From Basidiobolus meristosporus CBS 931.73 (taxonomy: Eukaryota; Fungi; Basidiobolomycota): 56,974 nucleotides of DNA. The notes below the pieces were generated by a model, which made no database searches, had not been told where the DNA came from, and was given only the letters and a program-made list of their open reading frames with translations. The stretch lies in contig MCFE01000570.1 in assembly GCA_002104905.1 (NCBI GenBank), positions 1-56,974 of the forward strand, written 5' to 3'. Shown piece after piece: positions 12,306 to 25,614 of this stretch. Numbering within the stretch: position 1 is the stretch's first letter; each line of letters begins with the position of its first letter. Both the position numbers and the translations under genes were made by a program.

Positions 12306-13238
12306 AACTTGAACGTGTGAAGTAAATTACAAAAAAAGAAAAAGAAAAAAAGAAAAGGGAATTTGGGACTAAACGGTATGGAAAGAAACCGTTAAAGAAA
12401 ATATCGTAAGGATGGAAACCAAACGAAGGGGAAAAGTCGACAGTTACTTAACGATCGAGGTTTTATAGATGGATGGCTTCGCAGCTAACTGGATAAATAA
12501 TCCTTGCGAATACCAATAGTTTTCTTTAGAGATGGAAAACTAAAAGAGTGACAACACGTAGTGATGCTCTTAAGGGGCAGAAGATCACCAAAACTGAGGG
12601 TACTTCTCGGAGTGATCGCTTCATTTTTTTTATTTTCGTAATGTAAGAAATTTTTTTCTAACCAAGATAAATATGATATTCATCCCATTTAACTTTCCAT
12701 ATAAATAAGTGGTTTTTTTTCTTCCCATAAATGGAAGCTGTTCAATTCACTAAATGCTACGCATGTCTGGTGGTGGATGGCGCTGGACTTTCGGAGGCAA
12801 CACAAGTAGGGGCAGTGCCCAAACTAGCTGCGCCCTGTTGCACTCGTCAACCCAGGCTCTGGTGGCAAGTATCTGGTGCGTCATCGTCCGAGATCAGAAA
12901 AGGGGATGATTTTGGCACTTGGGAATTGGCGATGACTCCGTTGCTATAACATCGCTCTCTGGCCAATAGCGCCTGAGATGCCACGCTGGGGTAAATTTTT
13001 CATTTCAGGTTTATTGTATCGATATCCGATTTGATCTGTAGGGTGTCGTAGGGTATTGCAGTGCGGTGATTATGGGCGTATTATCCGTGGTACTAGCCCA
13101 ACCCACCCCATAACGAGCTTCGCGACCCACTGCGATTAATATGCGATATTCGGCACAAAACATAGATGATGGTGAGAACAGAGGGGTGATGTGAATGGAG
13201 TGGTGTGGAGGGTATTTTGAAGAACTGTGGCAAGAGAT

Positions 13239-15176
13239 TTAAACAAAGCACCACACCTCTAGACGGTCACTCAGCCCCGAGTCTGCGTCATCATCAAGAA
13301 GGCCGCGGGCGAGGTCCAGATCGTCTTGATCAGTAATCAAGACCAGCTCATCATCCTCATCTCGGTATTTGAGCTTTACAGAGCCATCGATTCCAAACTT
13401 CTCTTTAATACGGTTAAGTAGTCCATCGAATGTGACATTATAGTCCACTAGAATAACCCGGGTATCGGTGTGATGGCACTTCACCTTGAGCTATATAAAA
13501 GATTAGTTTCCAACTTACAGAGACGCCTTATCATGGTTTCACTTACCTTGCCCTTGGGAACTCTGACTGATCTTGAGGAGCTGAAGAGTGAGCTGGTATC
13601 TTCAGCGGAGCCCAGGCTCGAAGTGGGTGAGGTGCTGAGGGGAGAAAGGGCTGGAATATCCCCCTTCTCATACCCATTGAGAGGGTTGCTTGGTGCATGT
13701 GTAGCTAAAGGCGAGTGGGTTCGGGGCATCGACGCTAGGGCTGCATTGATGTCCAGTTTGGGTACCTCATGATCATTTCCAAACTTGCCGTAACCTGCAG
13801 CAGTGTTGTGGCGGACCAAGTTGGGTTTGGCACGGAATCTCTCCGCAGCTCGCGAATTAGTGCGACGCAATGAGTCTCCAAGAGTGGCACGACGAACAAG
13901 GGATGGTTTAGGAGCAAGGTTCGGAGCAAGGTTCGGAGCGTTGTTAGCTGGATGATTGGAGGGGAGAATCATGTCGGGGATGTAGTTGTTGTCCGCCTCT
14001 TCGTTTGCAGCAAGGGCGGCTCTGGTAAACTGGTTGTTGGCATATGGATTAGATTTAAACTCACGCAGGGTGATTGCCTCCGCCATGGGCTTTCCAAAGC
14101 CGGATTTAACGGAGGGAACAGGGCTTGTGGTGGCCATGTGAGTTGCCTGTAAGTTAGAGATCGTGATTAGTTTAATGTTCACGCCATTCACTACATTGTA
14201 TACTAACCTTGCGAACTAGCGCACCCTTAAAACCAGTAAAGGTGTCTTTATCGTCTGCAGCTGCGATCAGCTTCGAGTTGCCAAGATAGTCGACTTTCTT
14301 CGAATTCTTGATCTTACTCTCACATGGTCGGTATAGAGCCCCACGGGGAATGCTGAAGAAGGGGCAGTCCTTGATGACCATTACAAAGTTAATGCTTTGA
14401 AATCACTCAAGCACTTGTAAAGCTATTACCTGTGCCTTATTATCTATTGCTTTATCGATAATGCTGTGCTTTGGAGTTTGTTTCTCCTTTTGTGCAGCCA
14501 GTAGATCATTCATTCCCAAAGCATCCTCTCCCAAATAGAAATAGCATAAGGCCCGATTGAACAATACTTCGCATGAATACAATTTGAATTCGAGGCCCAG
14601 CTGTGCGTAGTCGATGTATAGGTTGCCACGAAGATACTGTAGTCAGATTTACAGTTAAATTTAGTTATCTCAGAAATGGCACAGAATTTCTCAGCAGCAT
14701 ACCAACAAAGCATCGTTGAAATCTTCAAATGCTGCCTCGAAATCTTTGAGAATCATATTGGAAACACCCTTTTGGAAATAGGCAACGGCAAAATATTGAT
14801 CTTGTTGCAAGGCTGAAATGTAGGCCCGCACCTATTGAACAGAGGAATGAGGGTCAGTTGGGGTTTCAGAGACATACTCATAGCACTTACAGCAGACTCG
14901 TGTTCATTTAGAGTGCTTAAGATGACTCCAATGTTGAAGAAAATCTTTGCAGACTCGCCAACACTCTGAAAGAGGGGTCAATACGGAGGTACAACTTCAC
15001 GGGTGACAATAAAAACTCACATACCTCGAACAGCTCAAGAGCAGTTTCGTATTTTTTTTCATCAAAAGCTCTGGCAGCTAATTGCCACTGCTCCAGCTCC
15101 AACTGTCAAACAATAACGGGTTAATACACACCGAGAGTAGTTTATGCCACATTCAACCGACCTTCATTAACGACAT
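13239..15176 (-). CDS. noxR: NADPH oxidase regulator NoxR (p67phox homolog; TPR plus PB1), multi-exon
   Basis: Spliced MSLMK|LELEQWQLAARAFDEKKYETALELFE, AKIFFNIG, QDQYFAVAYFQKGVSN, YLRGNLYIDYAQLGLEFKLYSCEVLFNRAL, FSIPRGALYRP...KKVDYLGNSKLIAA. C-terminal PB1 with basic Lys and OPCA motif KYRDEDDELVLITDQDDLD. Confidence 0.95.
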
Positions 15177-16281
15177 GGGAGTAATATATTAGGTATTATA
15201 AAGATCTATAAAGTATGGATAAAATACAGTCTCAAAACGATGTGGGAGCAAGAGATAAAGGAGAAAATCAGTAGGAATGGAGGGGCTGTAGAGATTAAAA
15301 GCCGAGTAAAGCTCAAGCAACCCTTGGTCAATCAATGAGATGATTAATCCTACAATATAGATTAGGAAATAGCAAGCAAGGGAGGAGTGGAGAATTTATT
15401 TCTTAATAGAAGGAACCTGCAATTTCTCTTAATGCGTGGCGGAAATCATATCCCAATCCATATATCATCAATTTAAAAGTCCACCAAATTTGTTTGATAT
15501 CCAGGCTTCTGTGCCTCATTAGGTTTCAATAGATCTCGGTTGTACAACTCCGAATATTAAATAAGCTACATATTGTTGCTAAAACGAAAGTATGATGTAT
15601 TTGATCTGGCGGATCCGACCACAGCTGCATTATTGGACACGCGCATGGCCATCTAAAGTCACAGATTTCCTATTGTTGACACAGAGGAAATTATGCCCTC
15701 AGGCAATGGTTGATGGGTTTATTGAATGCAGAAAACGTCACAATGTCAAATAGGGCCTGCATCCGAGCTTGGAGGGTGTAACATGTCGATGGATTGCTGT
15801 GCGGAAGGATGTGATCTCGGCTGGTGATTTGGTTAGTGCTGAGGGGTTCTTTAGTGGCGTCGTATGGGGTCGCTACTCGAAAAAAGGGTTAGAGCGTCTC
15901 TATAATTGATACAAAACCAAATATGTTTCGCTTTGGTGCATATAAAGCGTCTCCTCATACATCAATGTTAGACAACCAAGTAACCCAATATAAGCCCTGA
16001 GTTGTACATGCCTCCCTTGATAAGGTTTCAATCTAGACGATGTATCGATAAATACCTTGGGATACTTGGTTGGTTACTCGACATTTATCAAGTGTACCGT
16101 ATTTTTGCGCGCTCTACCAGCCTATTGTGTGAATAGCGGTTATTTATAGCACGCATGAAAAGAACGGCCAAGGGCAATCGGATTTACTGTTGACATTTGG
16201 TTTCTTCAAGCATAAAGTAGGGCTTATTAATAGGCTTTTATACATCACAAGGGTGAGGGATGATGGATATATGTTCGATAA

Positions 16282-19200
16282 TCAAACGTCCATGGTAGCC
16301 GGGGCTGGTTTGACGAAGATCGCGAGTTCTTCATTATTGAGACTAACCCCCTCATTCTCACATCCGGGTTCCACTAGTCTAAGCTTTGGGACTGTCAATT
16401 TACCTGGAGCCAAGGCATACTCGTTGAATCTAAGTTTGGTAGTGCTGAGCGGGAGTAAACGAACAAGGTATTGCTTGTAATCGGAGAAAATCAGATTATT
16501 GGATGCATCGAGGATGGCAACCAATTCGTGCATTTTGGACGAGGTATTCCCAATAATGGAAATGAATACGAATTGGGTGGCTATATATATCTTCGTGGGG
16601 GCATCTATGGAGATCAGGTTAATCATCGTAAGGGCATGGGCAGAGGGAAGGGCACTAACCCAGTGTAATATTTAAAGGTGATTGGGTCAACCCAATGTGC
16701 GGCACAGTCAAGACTGTGTGGAAAAGATTCTCTTTGAGCGTGGGGTGAGGTTGTCGACTAGAAAAGCAGGTCATTAGGAAATCCTCGATCAAGTGGTATG
16801 GTGGAGTTGTGACATGCTTACCGCTTCCATGCGTTCTCTATATGGCCTATCTCCACGCTTTCCTTTTGAGCAGTTATATCCACGATCTCCAATAACAGTA
16901 AGTGATTGCAATTGAAGACAGAGCTAGGCTTGAACACCAGAAATTCATACAAATTGAATGGGCACGAGCAGGAAGCGTGATCTCTGCTTTTAGTACCAGT
17001 GCTGTCTTCTCTCGTGACTTGGGGGTTGGAGATCAACGATATCGTAGTGCTCCTTGGACTGGCAGATTTCTGGCGCAGATCGGCGTCAATCAAGTATATG
17101 GTTGATCATGCTAATGGATGAGACGACTTACTGCGACCTGAAAATCAATATCACACACATCCAAATCAGTCAGTGCCAGGCTCTTGATCTGTAGATTGTG
17201 CTCGGTTCGAGGGAGTCGAGGTTATCGGCGCCAAGGCGATTTTCCGGGTATACTTTGAATTCTGTCTGGAATGGTTGCTGGAACTCAATCTGCACAGTCT
17301 CTCGCTTTTCATAAACATTGAGATGGTATTGGGGGAGTCGAGATAGTATCGCAGTGTGAGTGTGAGTAGTCGTTCACGTAGTGGCTGGCTCCCCTGACAA
17401 AGAAGGTTAAATGCCTTTCCTCACTTGGGATCACTTGGCCCAAGTTGTGAGTGAATATTTGGTCAGCCGACTCGAAGGTTGGATCCTAGCACACCATGTC
17501 GCCCAGGCGTTGGTCAGCTCCAGCCTTGATTTCGGCAGTGAGCGTGGCCTGTGCCTTATGTTCCTCATGGCTGATTATTGTTGCATCCACAGGGAGAGCT
17601 TCATCTAGGAGTGCAACCTGTTCGCACTCAGTGTTCATGTCCATTTTTGGTTTTCGATGTGTTACCCTAGTGTGGGATGTTGGTGATCAATCACACGTAC
17701 CATAATCAGATACATCAGTATCGTTGCATCTGAAAAGCAAACCTTAGTGTGGAGTGATCCTCCACCTCCTCAAGGGTGACAAACCTTCCAGCTACTAAGG
17801 GATAAAAATTAGCAACGTAAACATGACCATGCTGTATTATCATACAAGCCATACTCTCATCGCTGATGTTATCCACTGGTAGCCACTTCGCTATCTTGAA
17901 CGTTTCGTCATGTCCCGTGAGCGGATAGTTTAGGGCAAGCTGCCATCCAGGAGTGGCTACATGACACGATATAACCGCAAGCTATAATTGATCATCAGAC
18001 GGAGGTCTGGGCGGCACGTATCCACTTCCACCAACCTTCAGTTCAGCTATTTCCCTCGGCGTAATGCTCTATTCAATAACCTTTACGCATTAATTTGAGA
18101 GCCGCAAATCTACTTCTTTCTCCCAGGCAAGTCCATTATCGGCGTCTTTTTGCAGAGCATCCTTTACGTCAATCCATACACTTCCTTTCAGCTCGCTCGC
18201 CTCATTCGATAAATGGTGGAAGTGATAGTCAAAGGTCGAGTCGTTGAAAACTAAATGCAATGATGAGATTTCCGAGGGTAACGGGCAGCTGGTAGTTGCA
18301 GTCACTTGAAACTTGACGGGGACACCAACATAAGCATTCCCACGCTCGAACTGGATTCCGAAATGAACGAATGTATTCATCTGATTCAAATCAATAATTA
18401 TTGGCAATTGCTGGTTATCCACTTGCTGTAATAGTATTTCGACCAATTTACGCTGGTAACTTTCGCGCATCTCGATGTTGAGAGTGACCTGATCGGAGAG
18501 AAGCTCGGTCAGGAAACCGATCGCATTCATCCATAACTTAAGTTCTCAGGAACAAACAAGAGAGCTATCGAGGATGGAGGCGAGGATTGTGCTCTAATTC
18601 TCTTTCCGATACGTCTCGGCTAAACGTTCGAAAAACCTTCGGAAAACGGTTTGGTTAGTGGATAGCAGACTAGTGATCAGTTGGGTGTAGACTTCTACTT
18701 CAGTGCCATTTCAAACTTCCCTCCCTCGAAGTAGGACTTGGCAATCTCAGAGGCCAGGAAGAGTGCTATTCTTGCGTTTTTGTACTTCTTAAACTGCTCG
18801 TAGCTTTTGGTCAGTAATTCGATAATGAGGGTCGTATGATCGAACTTCTTTTCCGTGGCTAAGCTATCCTGAGTGCCCTCATCGGCGCTCTGAGGATTTG
18901 TAGGATGAATCTTGTGAATACGTGGAAAACACAGGTGAGCTGATACCCACCTCGGATGCCCTTAAAAGGTGACGCCCTCTTTCCATGCTACAGGCTGCAG
19001 AGGAGTAATAGTAGAAGCCAGCATGCTGTATTACCAACCCTGGATATATACCACCGCCGAGCGTAGCTGGGCGGCCATTGTTATATCCCGTTCGTAGGTC
19101 AGGCAAGTCTGCACCATTGACATCTATTTGGCAAGGATCAGAGAAGAAATAATTTGCATATCTACGGGTATTGCAACTGGTCAACTACCAGTGCTATTGC

Positions 19201-20608
19201 AGAAACTAATAAACGGACAGAGCGCACTACTTTTAGGTGGATTGCTTCTGCTAAAATCCGTACTTCAGTCCATCTTTTGGTGTTTGGAATAATCCGAGGA
19301 TATCCAGTGGCCTCAGCAACATTTAGGGAAAACATGTCAATCAAACTCATGTAGCAAGATCCATAGTATCTGGTGTTTTGCAACCTTGTCAATCTACATA
19401 AATCATTCGGGGCATGAAAACTCGGTGACTAACTTTAAGGCGCCATCATGATCCTAGCGAAACTCAGCAAATACACCCATCTTGAAGTCGTATCTCACTA
19501 ACCATCATAGGTTCGACAGGGGCAACTCGGCGAGCTTCCATGAGTTAGAGGTCATTGCTGGCGACTTTGGTGGCTGCGGAATAGGGATTCGTGACCTTTT
19601 CTTCTTCATGAGCTTTCCTTTTTCCCGATAGAAATTGATGGCGGGCTGGTATAATGATCTTTGCATGCTTCAGCATTGTTAATCGGCTATTATATGAAAA
19701 TCGCTACAGTGAATTCGTACTTGTTGATGAACTCTTGAAGCTCGGATGGCCCAAGTGGCGGTAAAACAAAAAATGAATTTCTTTGATCGAGACCGGATGT
19801 TCGTCGAATGCTCGATATTCTCTTAGTGGAGCTCTCTACAAAATATGATAGATCATTAGTCGTCTTTCTAAGGCGAACTTCTGACTGTTGAGTGTACCAG
19901 CATCGTGAGCTCTTAACATAAGCACCACGGCAAACTTGGTTCCAGCTTCTTGAGAATTTTTCCTGGTTTAAGGATTAGCGAGATTTCGAACTGGCAAGCA
20001 TTGGGTGATTGCCCTCACCTATGCTTCACGATTTCAGCTATTAAGGCAGCATCCTTCTCCCTTTCTAGTACACTCACTGCGGCTAAAGGCCCAACTACTT
20101 TCTGCTCATTATTGTCGTTCAAGGGTGGCAATTCCGAAAACATCACTAGAACCCCAGGCTTTATATCCTTTTGCTTCCGAATCCACAATGAGCTCATGAT
20201 ACCAACGGGATACAATGGACTCGAATGCGATAGTAGTGACAGCGGTGAATGGAATCCGCCTCCAGATTTATTCCGCTTTACTGGAAGCTGAAAGGAGCCC
20301 GCAGGGCTTAGAACTGTTGAAGGTAGATAGAGTAAACTGGCTCAAAAATATACCTTTGAAACGAACTGTATCTAAAACAAAGCATCTCCTTGGTTAGTTT
20401 CCCATAAGTTGGTAGTTGTCTTGCTTTTCAATAATGATATCAAGTTCTTATAGTATGTTTGCCGAGCTGGCTAAAACCTGTCGAAAGTGCTCGAATTCAA
20501 AAATGCCTCTGGTGTATTGCTCGCAGTTTCGGGACAAGTCGAGGAGAGCCCGGAAACAGCCATGACTGGCAATAGATGACTGGCGAATTCAGGTACAAAC
20601 GAATCCAT
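16282..20608 (-). pseudogene. TRAPPC11: TRAPPC11 (Trs85-associated TRAPPIII subunit; Foie-gras/Gryzun domains) pseudogene
   Basis: Family motifs MDSFVPEFASHLLPVMAVSGL, SPLYPVGIMSSLW, WLVRYDFKMGVFAEFR, QHAGFYYY, LLTKSYEQFKK, FSDYKQYLVRLLP. In-frame stops inside conserved motifs: TGA 19505-19507, TAG 19454-19456, TAG 18594-18596, TGA 18546-18548. Apparent frameshift/deletion after ICKLFL (about 19150). Confidence 0.85.
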
Positions 20609-20982
20609 TTCTGCTGGACGCTCTAAGGCACCTCTAGGCAACAGTAGCTTGGAGAATATCCAGAAAGTGATAGTACTGTTGGAAAATAGGAGCACTGAAC
20701 TGACTATGTATGGTCGTGCCGCTAAATTCGTAGAATTGTAGTGAATTGTCAGCTGTGTTTATGCAATCAAGCCAGCATGAATGATCAAGTTTATCATAAT
20801 CTTAAGGGAACTTCGGAGTTATTAAAATGCTTGCTTATTCTTCGATAATAATACAACAGTTTAAAAAGATTTGTAAAAAACAATCTTATAATAAAACATG
20901 ATTTTTTACAGATGACATAGGCAATGGCCTTGCGAATTCAACCTTGTTGCTGTCCGTCTGCTTCTCGACCTTCGAATTTCCC

Positions 20983-23900
20983 ATGGTGAATAATAATGGT
21001 GCAGAGCAGACCAATGGTCTAACCAGTAATAATGAGGTAGAGCCTACGAAGAGCGAACTCGACGTGCCTAACGGTACGCTTCCAAATAATGACGAGATGG
21101 AACAAGTGATGCATAACATGGTCCCTTTACGCTTGATCATCGAAAGACTAGTCAACCAAGCCTACGCCGATCTACAGAATCTAACTGAAGTGTAAGTTGC
21201 AATAATGATTTTCGCGTTAGATTTTCCTTTGGATCTACACCCTTCTCCGGTTTTAGAAATCGATTTAGTCACTATTTCTACACGTATTTATTGTCACGCG
21301 TCATCATCACACTGGACGATCAAGCCAGCATTTTCAGAACGGGTCTGCACTACCTGGTAAATAATGGCCGCTAACTTGTTCCACTGTGTAGATTGCCCGG
21401 AATGCCAATCGTAGAAAGAAAGCGCGCGATATTAGAATATTCGCTTAATACACGACAACAATTCGTCAAGCTACTTGTACTGGTCAAATGGGCTGTGAAT
21501 GCTGATAAAGTGCAGCAATGTCAGGTGAATATAGATTGATTAATAGCAAACTGTATGGTCTGTATGTTCAGTGCTAAAACCGGCGCCCCTTCCGTTTCTA
21601 CAGAATATCATAGGTTTTCTCCAGAAACAGAACGAAGCTTTTGCGAGAACAGTAGATGCACTCTACGGCATATACACAACCATGTCGCAAGCAAGGTAGG
21701 ACTTGTCTATTTCTGATGTTGCGTATTCACCTCAGTAATCCTTCCGATCTGCTGATTATAGAGTTCGAAACTACGACATATTGACTGCTATTGATGTTCT
21801 CACTACTGGAACTTATCAACGGCTACCGACCATTATTCGAGTTTGTAGTTTATTAGCTTTCACGATTTACGTTTGGTTTGTACTTATGGATGTTGTTCAT
21901 AGTCTCATTACATTCCTCTTGATCCAATGGAAGACAATGATGTTGCTGGCACGCTGTCTAAATTGAATGATTTGATACGTGTGCGTATGATTTGCAGAGA
22001 GACGCTCCCATCACCTATGAACAAGTACAAAATTGGTATGTGTTTGTGTGACCCTTAGTGACTAGGACAATGGTTGTTCAACAAGACTCATTGCATTAGT
22101 CAACGGCCGTGTTGTGTTTCGCGTTGAACATGAGTTTGAGGTAAGTGAATGCTCTCAAATTGAGTTGACCAGGTCGTATCAGTTAACACACCTACCTTGC
22201 CAGGTGTCATTAACGCTATTTGGTGCGGAGGAAGACGTACCATGGCATATTATATCTCTCGATATCCTTGTATGCTCAGAAAAATCCAAAGTAGCCACAG
22301 GTAGATCAGGTCACAACCCGCTGTAAGCCATGATAGTATCATAACTCCCCCTTTCTGCCAGACATGGATACGTCGTTGACGGACTATCAAATTCGCAACT
22401 TAATTGTCAACGCTCAGCAAAAGCTGATTCCTCAGCCCCCTAATCCTCAGAAACCTTCCGGCCCAGAAACAGAGGAGGGCCAAGAACAGCCTACGGAGCC
22501 ATCCAACCCTGAGGAATCGCCAGAAAGCCTCAAGCTGCCTACGTATCCCATGGTGCGGCTGTATGACTACCTTCGTATCCTTTGCCAAATCTTATATTCG
22601 ATAGGATCATTGCAACATGCTACATATCCTTAACCTCTCGATCTGTAGACACCTTTTGCCTTTCGATGCAGCTAGAAGTTCTTTATTTACAGGTAACTCG
22701 CTATTTACGAACTCACACAACCTTTCGCAAATGTTTAATTGTGGTTGCTCAAAGGCACTGCACTTGGCAAAATCTCGATGGGCCGAGAATCTGATTGTGG
22801 AAATCAACCAGTTCCGCACCTCAATCAAGCTGAAGTACTGGTGGTTAGTGCACACTTCCTACTGTCTTATTTATTTCTATCGTATTGACTTGACCATAAC
22901 CCAGTAAACGCCCACCTACTACATGGAGCAGCGTACAATATTCGAGTCAACAAACTACACTCACCAACTGCATCGAAATAAGTGTTGTGAACCTGGAAGA
23001 ATACACTCCATCTCAGACTGAAGAGGACGACGTTGAGGGCACCTCCCGTTCTGATACGGAGGATGACACACCATCATTAAAATATCCAAAAGGCGTGCTT
23101 CGCGTTCGTTGTGAAGGCGGGGCTGACACGGATGGTAAAATGATTGATACTTTCGAGATAAACCCCGGCGAGCTTGACGTTGAAAGCCTTTTGATGAGGA
23201 TCGCTGAATTACATGCACGTGCTGTTATCACTCGCTTCCGCGATATCTTGCTCAACTCCTCCTTTGTAAGTAATAGAATAGAATTTACAAAGAATGACCT
23301 TGAGATTTTGGATGAGCAGCATGTCGGAACATCGAAGGGGCAATCGTCTACCTGTGGACTGCAGGTCCGTTATCGTCAGGATCGCTATCTTACGTTGAAT
23401 GTGGACATCCGAACCGGGCGCGTTGTCATTGGGATGTCCGACAAGGTTATGCACGACAGCGATGCCAAATTGCGAGCACTTGAAGAAAAACTGAACGAGA
23501 GTTTTGTAAAATTGCCGAACTTACTGCTTGAGTTGAAGTACGCCACTTTGATTGACGATGTGGAAAACATGGCTCGGTATCTCGGCTTGGAGCCTTATCC
23601 TATTCTTCCGCTGCGAAACGAGGATATTGCCAAGTTTGGGACCACCAGGAGTCGCATGTTATATCTTCAGTTTACGCAGCACCCAAGTTACTATCTGGTA
23701 GTCAGCATAGTTGAAGACGCATTGAATTTCCGGCTTATAAGCCTTGGTTCACCATTGAGTGGTTCTCATTTGATGACCCTCGCCAGCTCTGTGCAGCTCG
23801 ACCTGACATCTTTACTTCGCCAACATCAGATATCAACTCAAGCAACCGGTCAGGACTCCAATACCACTCACTCGCCGGGTAGTAACGCCAGACTTCCTAG

Positions 23901-25301
23901 CAAAGAAGTAAACGAGCTCACGATAGATCTCGGCCTGCTGTCCAAAATAGATTCCTTTTGTCGAGCTAGGATATCATTTGAGAAGCTCGAGAAGCAGTTG
24001 ACAGGACTCGGCATCGAGTTCAAATATATTCAGCCAATCCCTCTAGAATGTGACGCAGCCGATTTTTGCGCGCAGGACTCGGCTAATCCGATCTCGCAGG
24101 TCCCTTTTATGCAGATTAAACCTCAAGATATTCCCCTTCGTACCAAAGGAGCCAGCTGCTCAGAGATCGTGTCCGGTAGTCTTAATATCCGCCTGGCGGA
24201 TTGGTACGCATCAGGAAAAAGCACGTGTCAAGTGTCCATGGAAACCCGAATCCTGTCTCAATCGACCCCGAGCATTCAGGATGCTGACCAGGATGCCGCC
24301 AAGCGATTACATTTCGATCATGAGTCCCGAGTCCTGTCATTCAAGTACAGCGATTTTGACAGCTGTATTTCGCAATTCCTTAACGACTGGGAGACCGTCA
24401 TTATGGTGACACTTCTTGCGAAACAAACGTACACAACCGTCAATTACTTCGACCTCACACTACTTAAAGCATCCTACGGGAAAGAACGATTCACTATAGC
24501 GATTCGTTGGAAATCACCGAATGGCACCGGGAGTAGCCGGGGACATTATAAGCTTGCCTTGGAGGAGAATCTTGGTCAGATCAAGCAAAAGAACCCTCAT
24601 CGCAAGCTTCGCTTTTGCCTCGAAGACTACCTTAACCAGACGAAAGATTTGAAAAAGCTGATTACCCTGCTCAACGACACCTTACCTTTACTTCGTGCCT
24701 TGGACGAACTTCAACGAAAGAGAAACGCTAAGGATACATTTGGAAAGGGACTTACTATCATCCCCCGCCACGCAACACACATACGACTTCAATTTCCAGC
24801 CAAGTGAGTTCATTCGTACATTTGCATCACTTTTACCCCGCATGCTAAACTCAGTCATTCAGATATGTCATAGACATCCGCATGTCTTCGGCCACCCGCC
24901 TATATATATCAGACGCAGCGTACTCATTCTTTGAGCCTCCGAACACAACCCCGAAAAAACTCGGCCTGCCGAGTCCAGCCCATTTCCCCGGGGACCAAGC
25001 GAAGGTATTACTGTCCCGATCACACATCAACCCCCAGCCGATCCCTGAGTTTGGACAGTTCATCGCGCACGTTGGACAGGCGCTTTCCCAACAATCACAA
25101 TACTCGCAAGATGAACACGCGGTCGTCATACCGCTCCAGCATGGCTTTGTCTGCGGTATGTCCGTGTCGTCTTTTGTCCTCAACGAACTCAACAGCTTCA
25201 TTGAAAGGACTGAGAGCACAGCGGCGCCCACCTCGGCCGAGATATCAACAAAACCCCCCACCCAAAATCTTCATTCAGAAAACCCTATCGAGATTGTATA
25301 A
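20983..25301 (+). CDS. MED14: Mediator of RNA polymerase II transcription subunit 14, multi-exon
   Basis: MVPLRLIIERLVNQAYADLQNL, ERKRAILEYSLNTRQQFVKLLVLVKW, RNYDILTAIDVLTTGTYQRLP, VFRVEHEFEVSLTL...WHIISLDILV, LYDYL. Long open 606-aa exon 22987-24807. Confidence 0.93.
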
Positions 25302-25614
25302 AAGCCTATATATAAAAGCATTAAAAAGCCATGGAATCTGCACCCTGATAAACGCGTATCGGTGCACTCAAAGATAATTAGTCTTCAGTAGTTTCTCCGA
25401 TCACGCCATGCTGCCATATGTGGAGCCAGGTGTGGAATAAACCGGCCGCAAGGTGTGGAATTATAAATGTGGCCAAATGCAGATCAGCAATTTGATAATC
25501 ATCCAATGATAAGATCATGGCCGGTGGTTGGATTGGAATTCCCTTGTGGCTTAATTTCCAGATTATCAAAAATTTCGTCGGATTTTTTTCTTATCAAGAG
25601 GCCGAGCTTCTCGG

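Noticed and set aside
12731-12949. 72-aa ORF between eIF4G and NoxR
   Set aside because: No motif; probably promoter/UTR sequence.
18546-19507. Stop-codon reassignment or readthrough as the explanation for the TRAPPC11 stops
   Set aside because: Both TAG and TGA occur at positions expected to be different amino acids, a frameshift is also present, and neighbouring genes use TAG and TGA as normal terminators.
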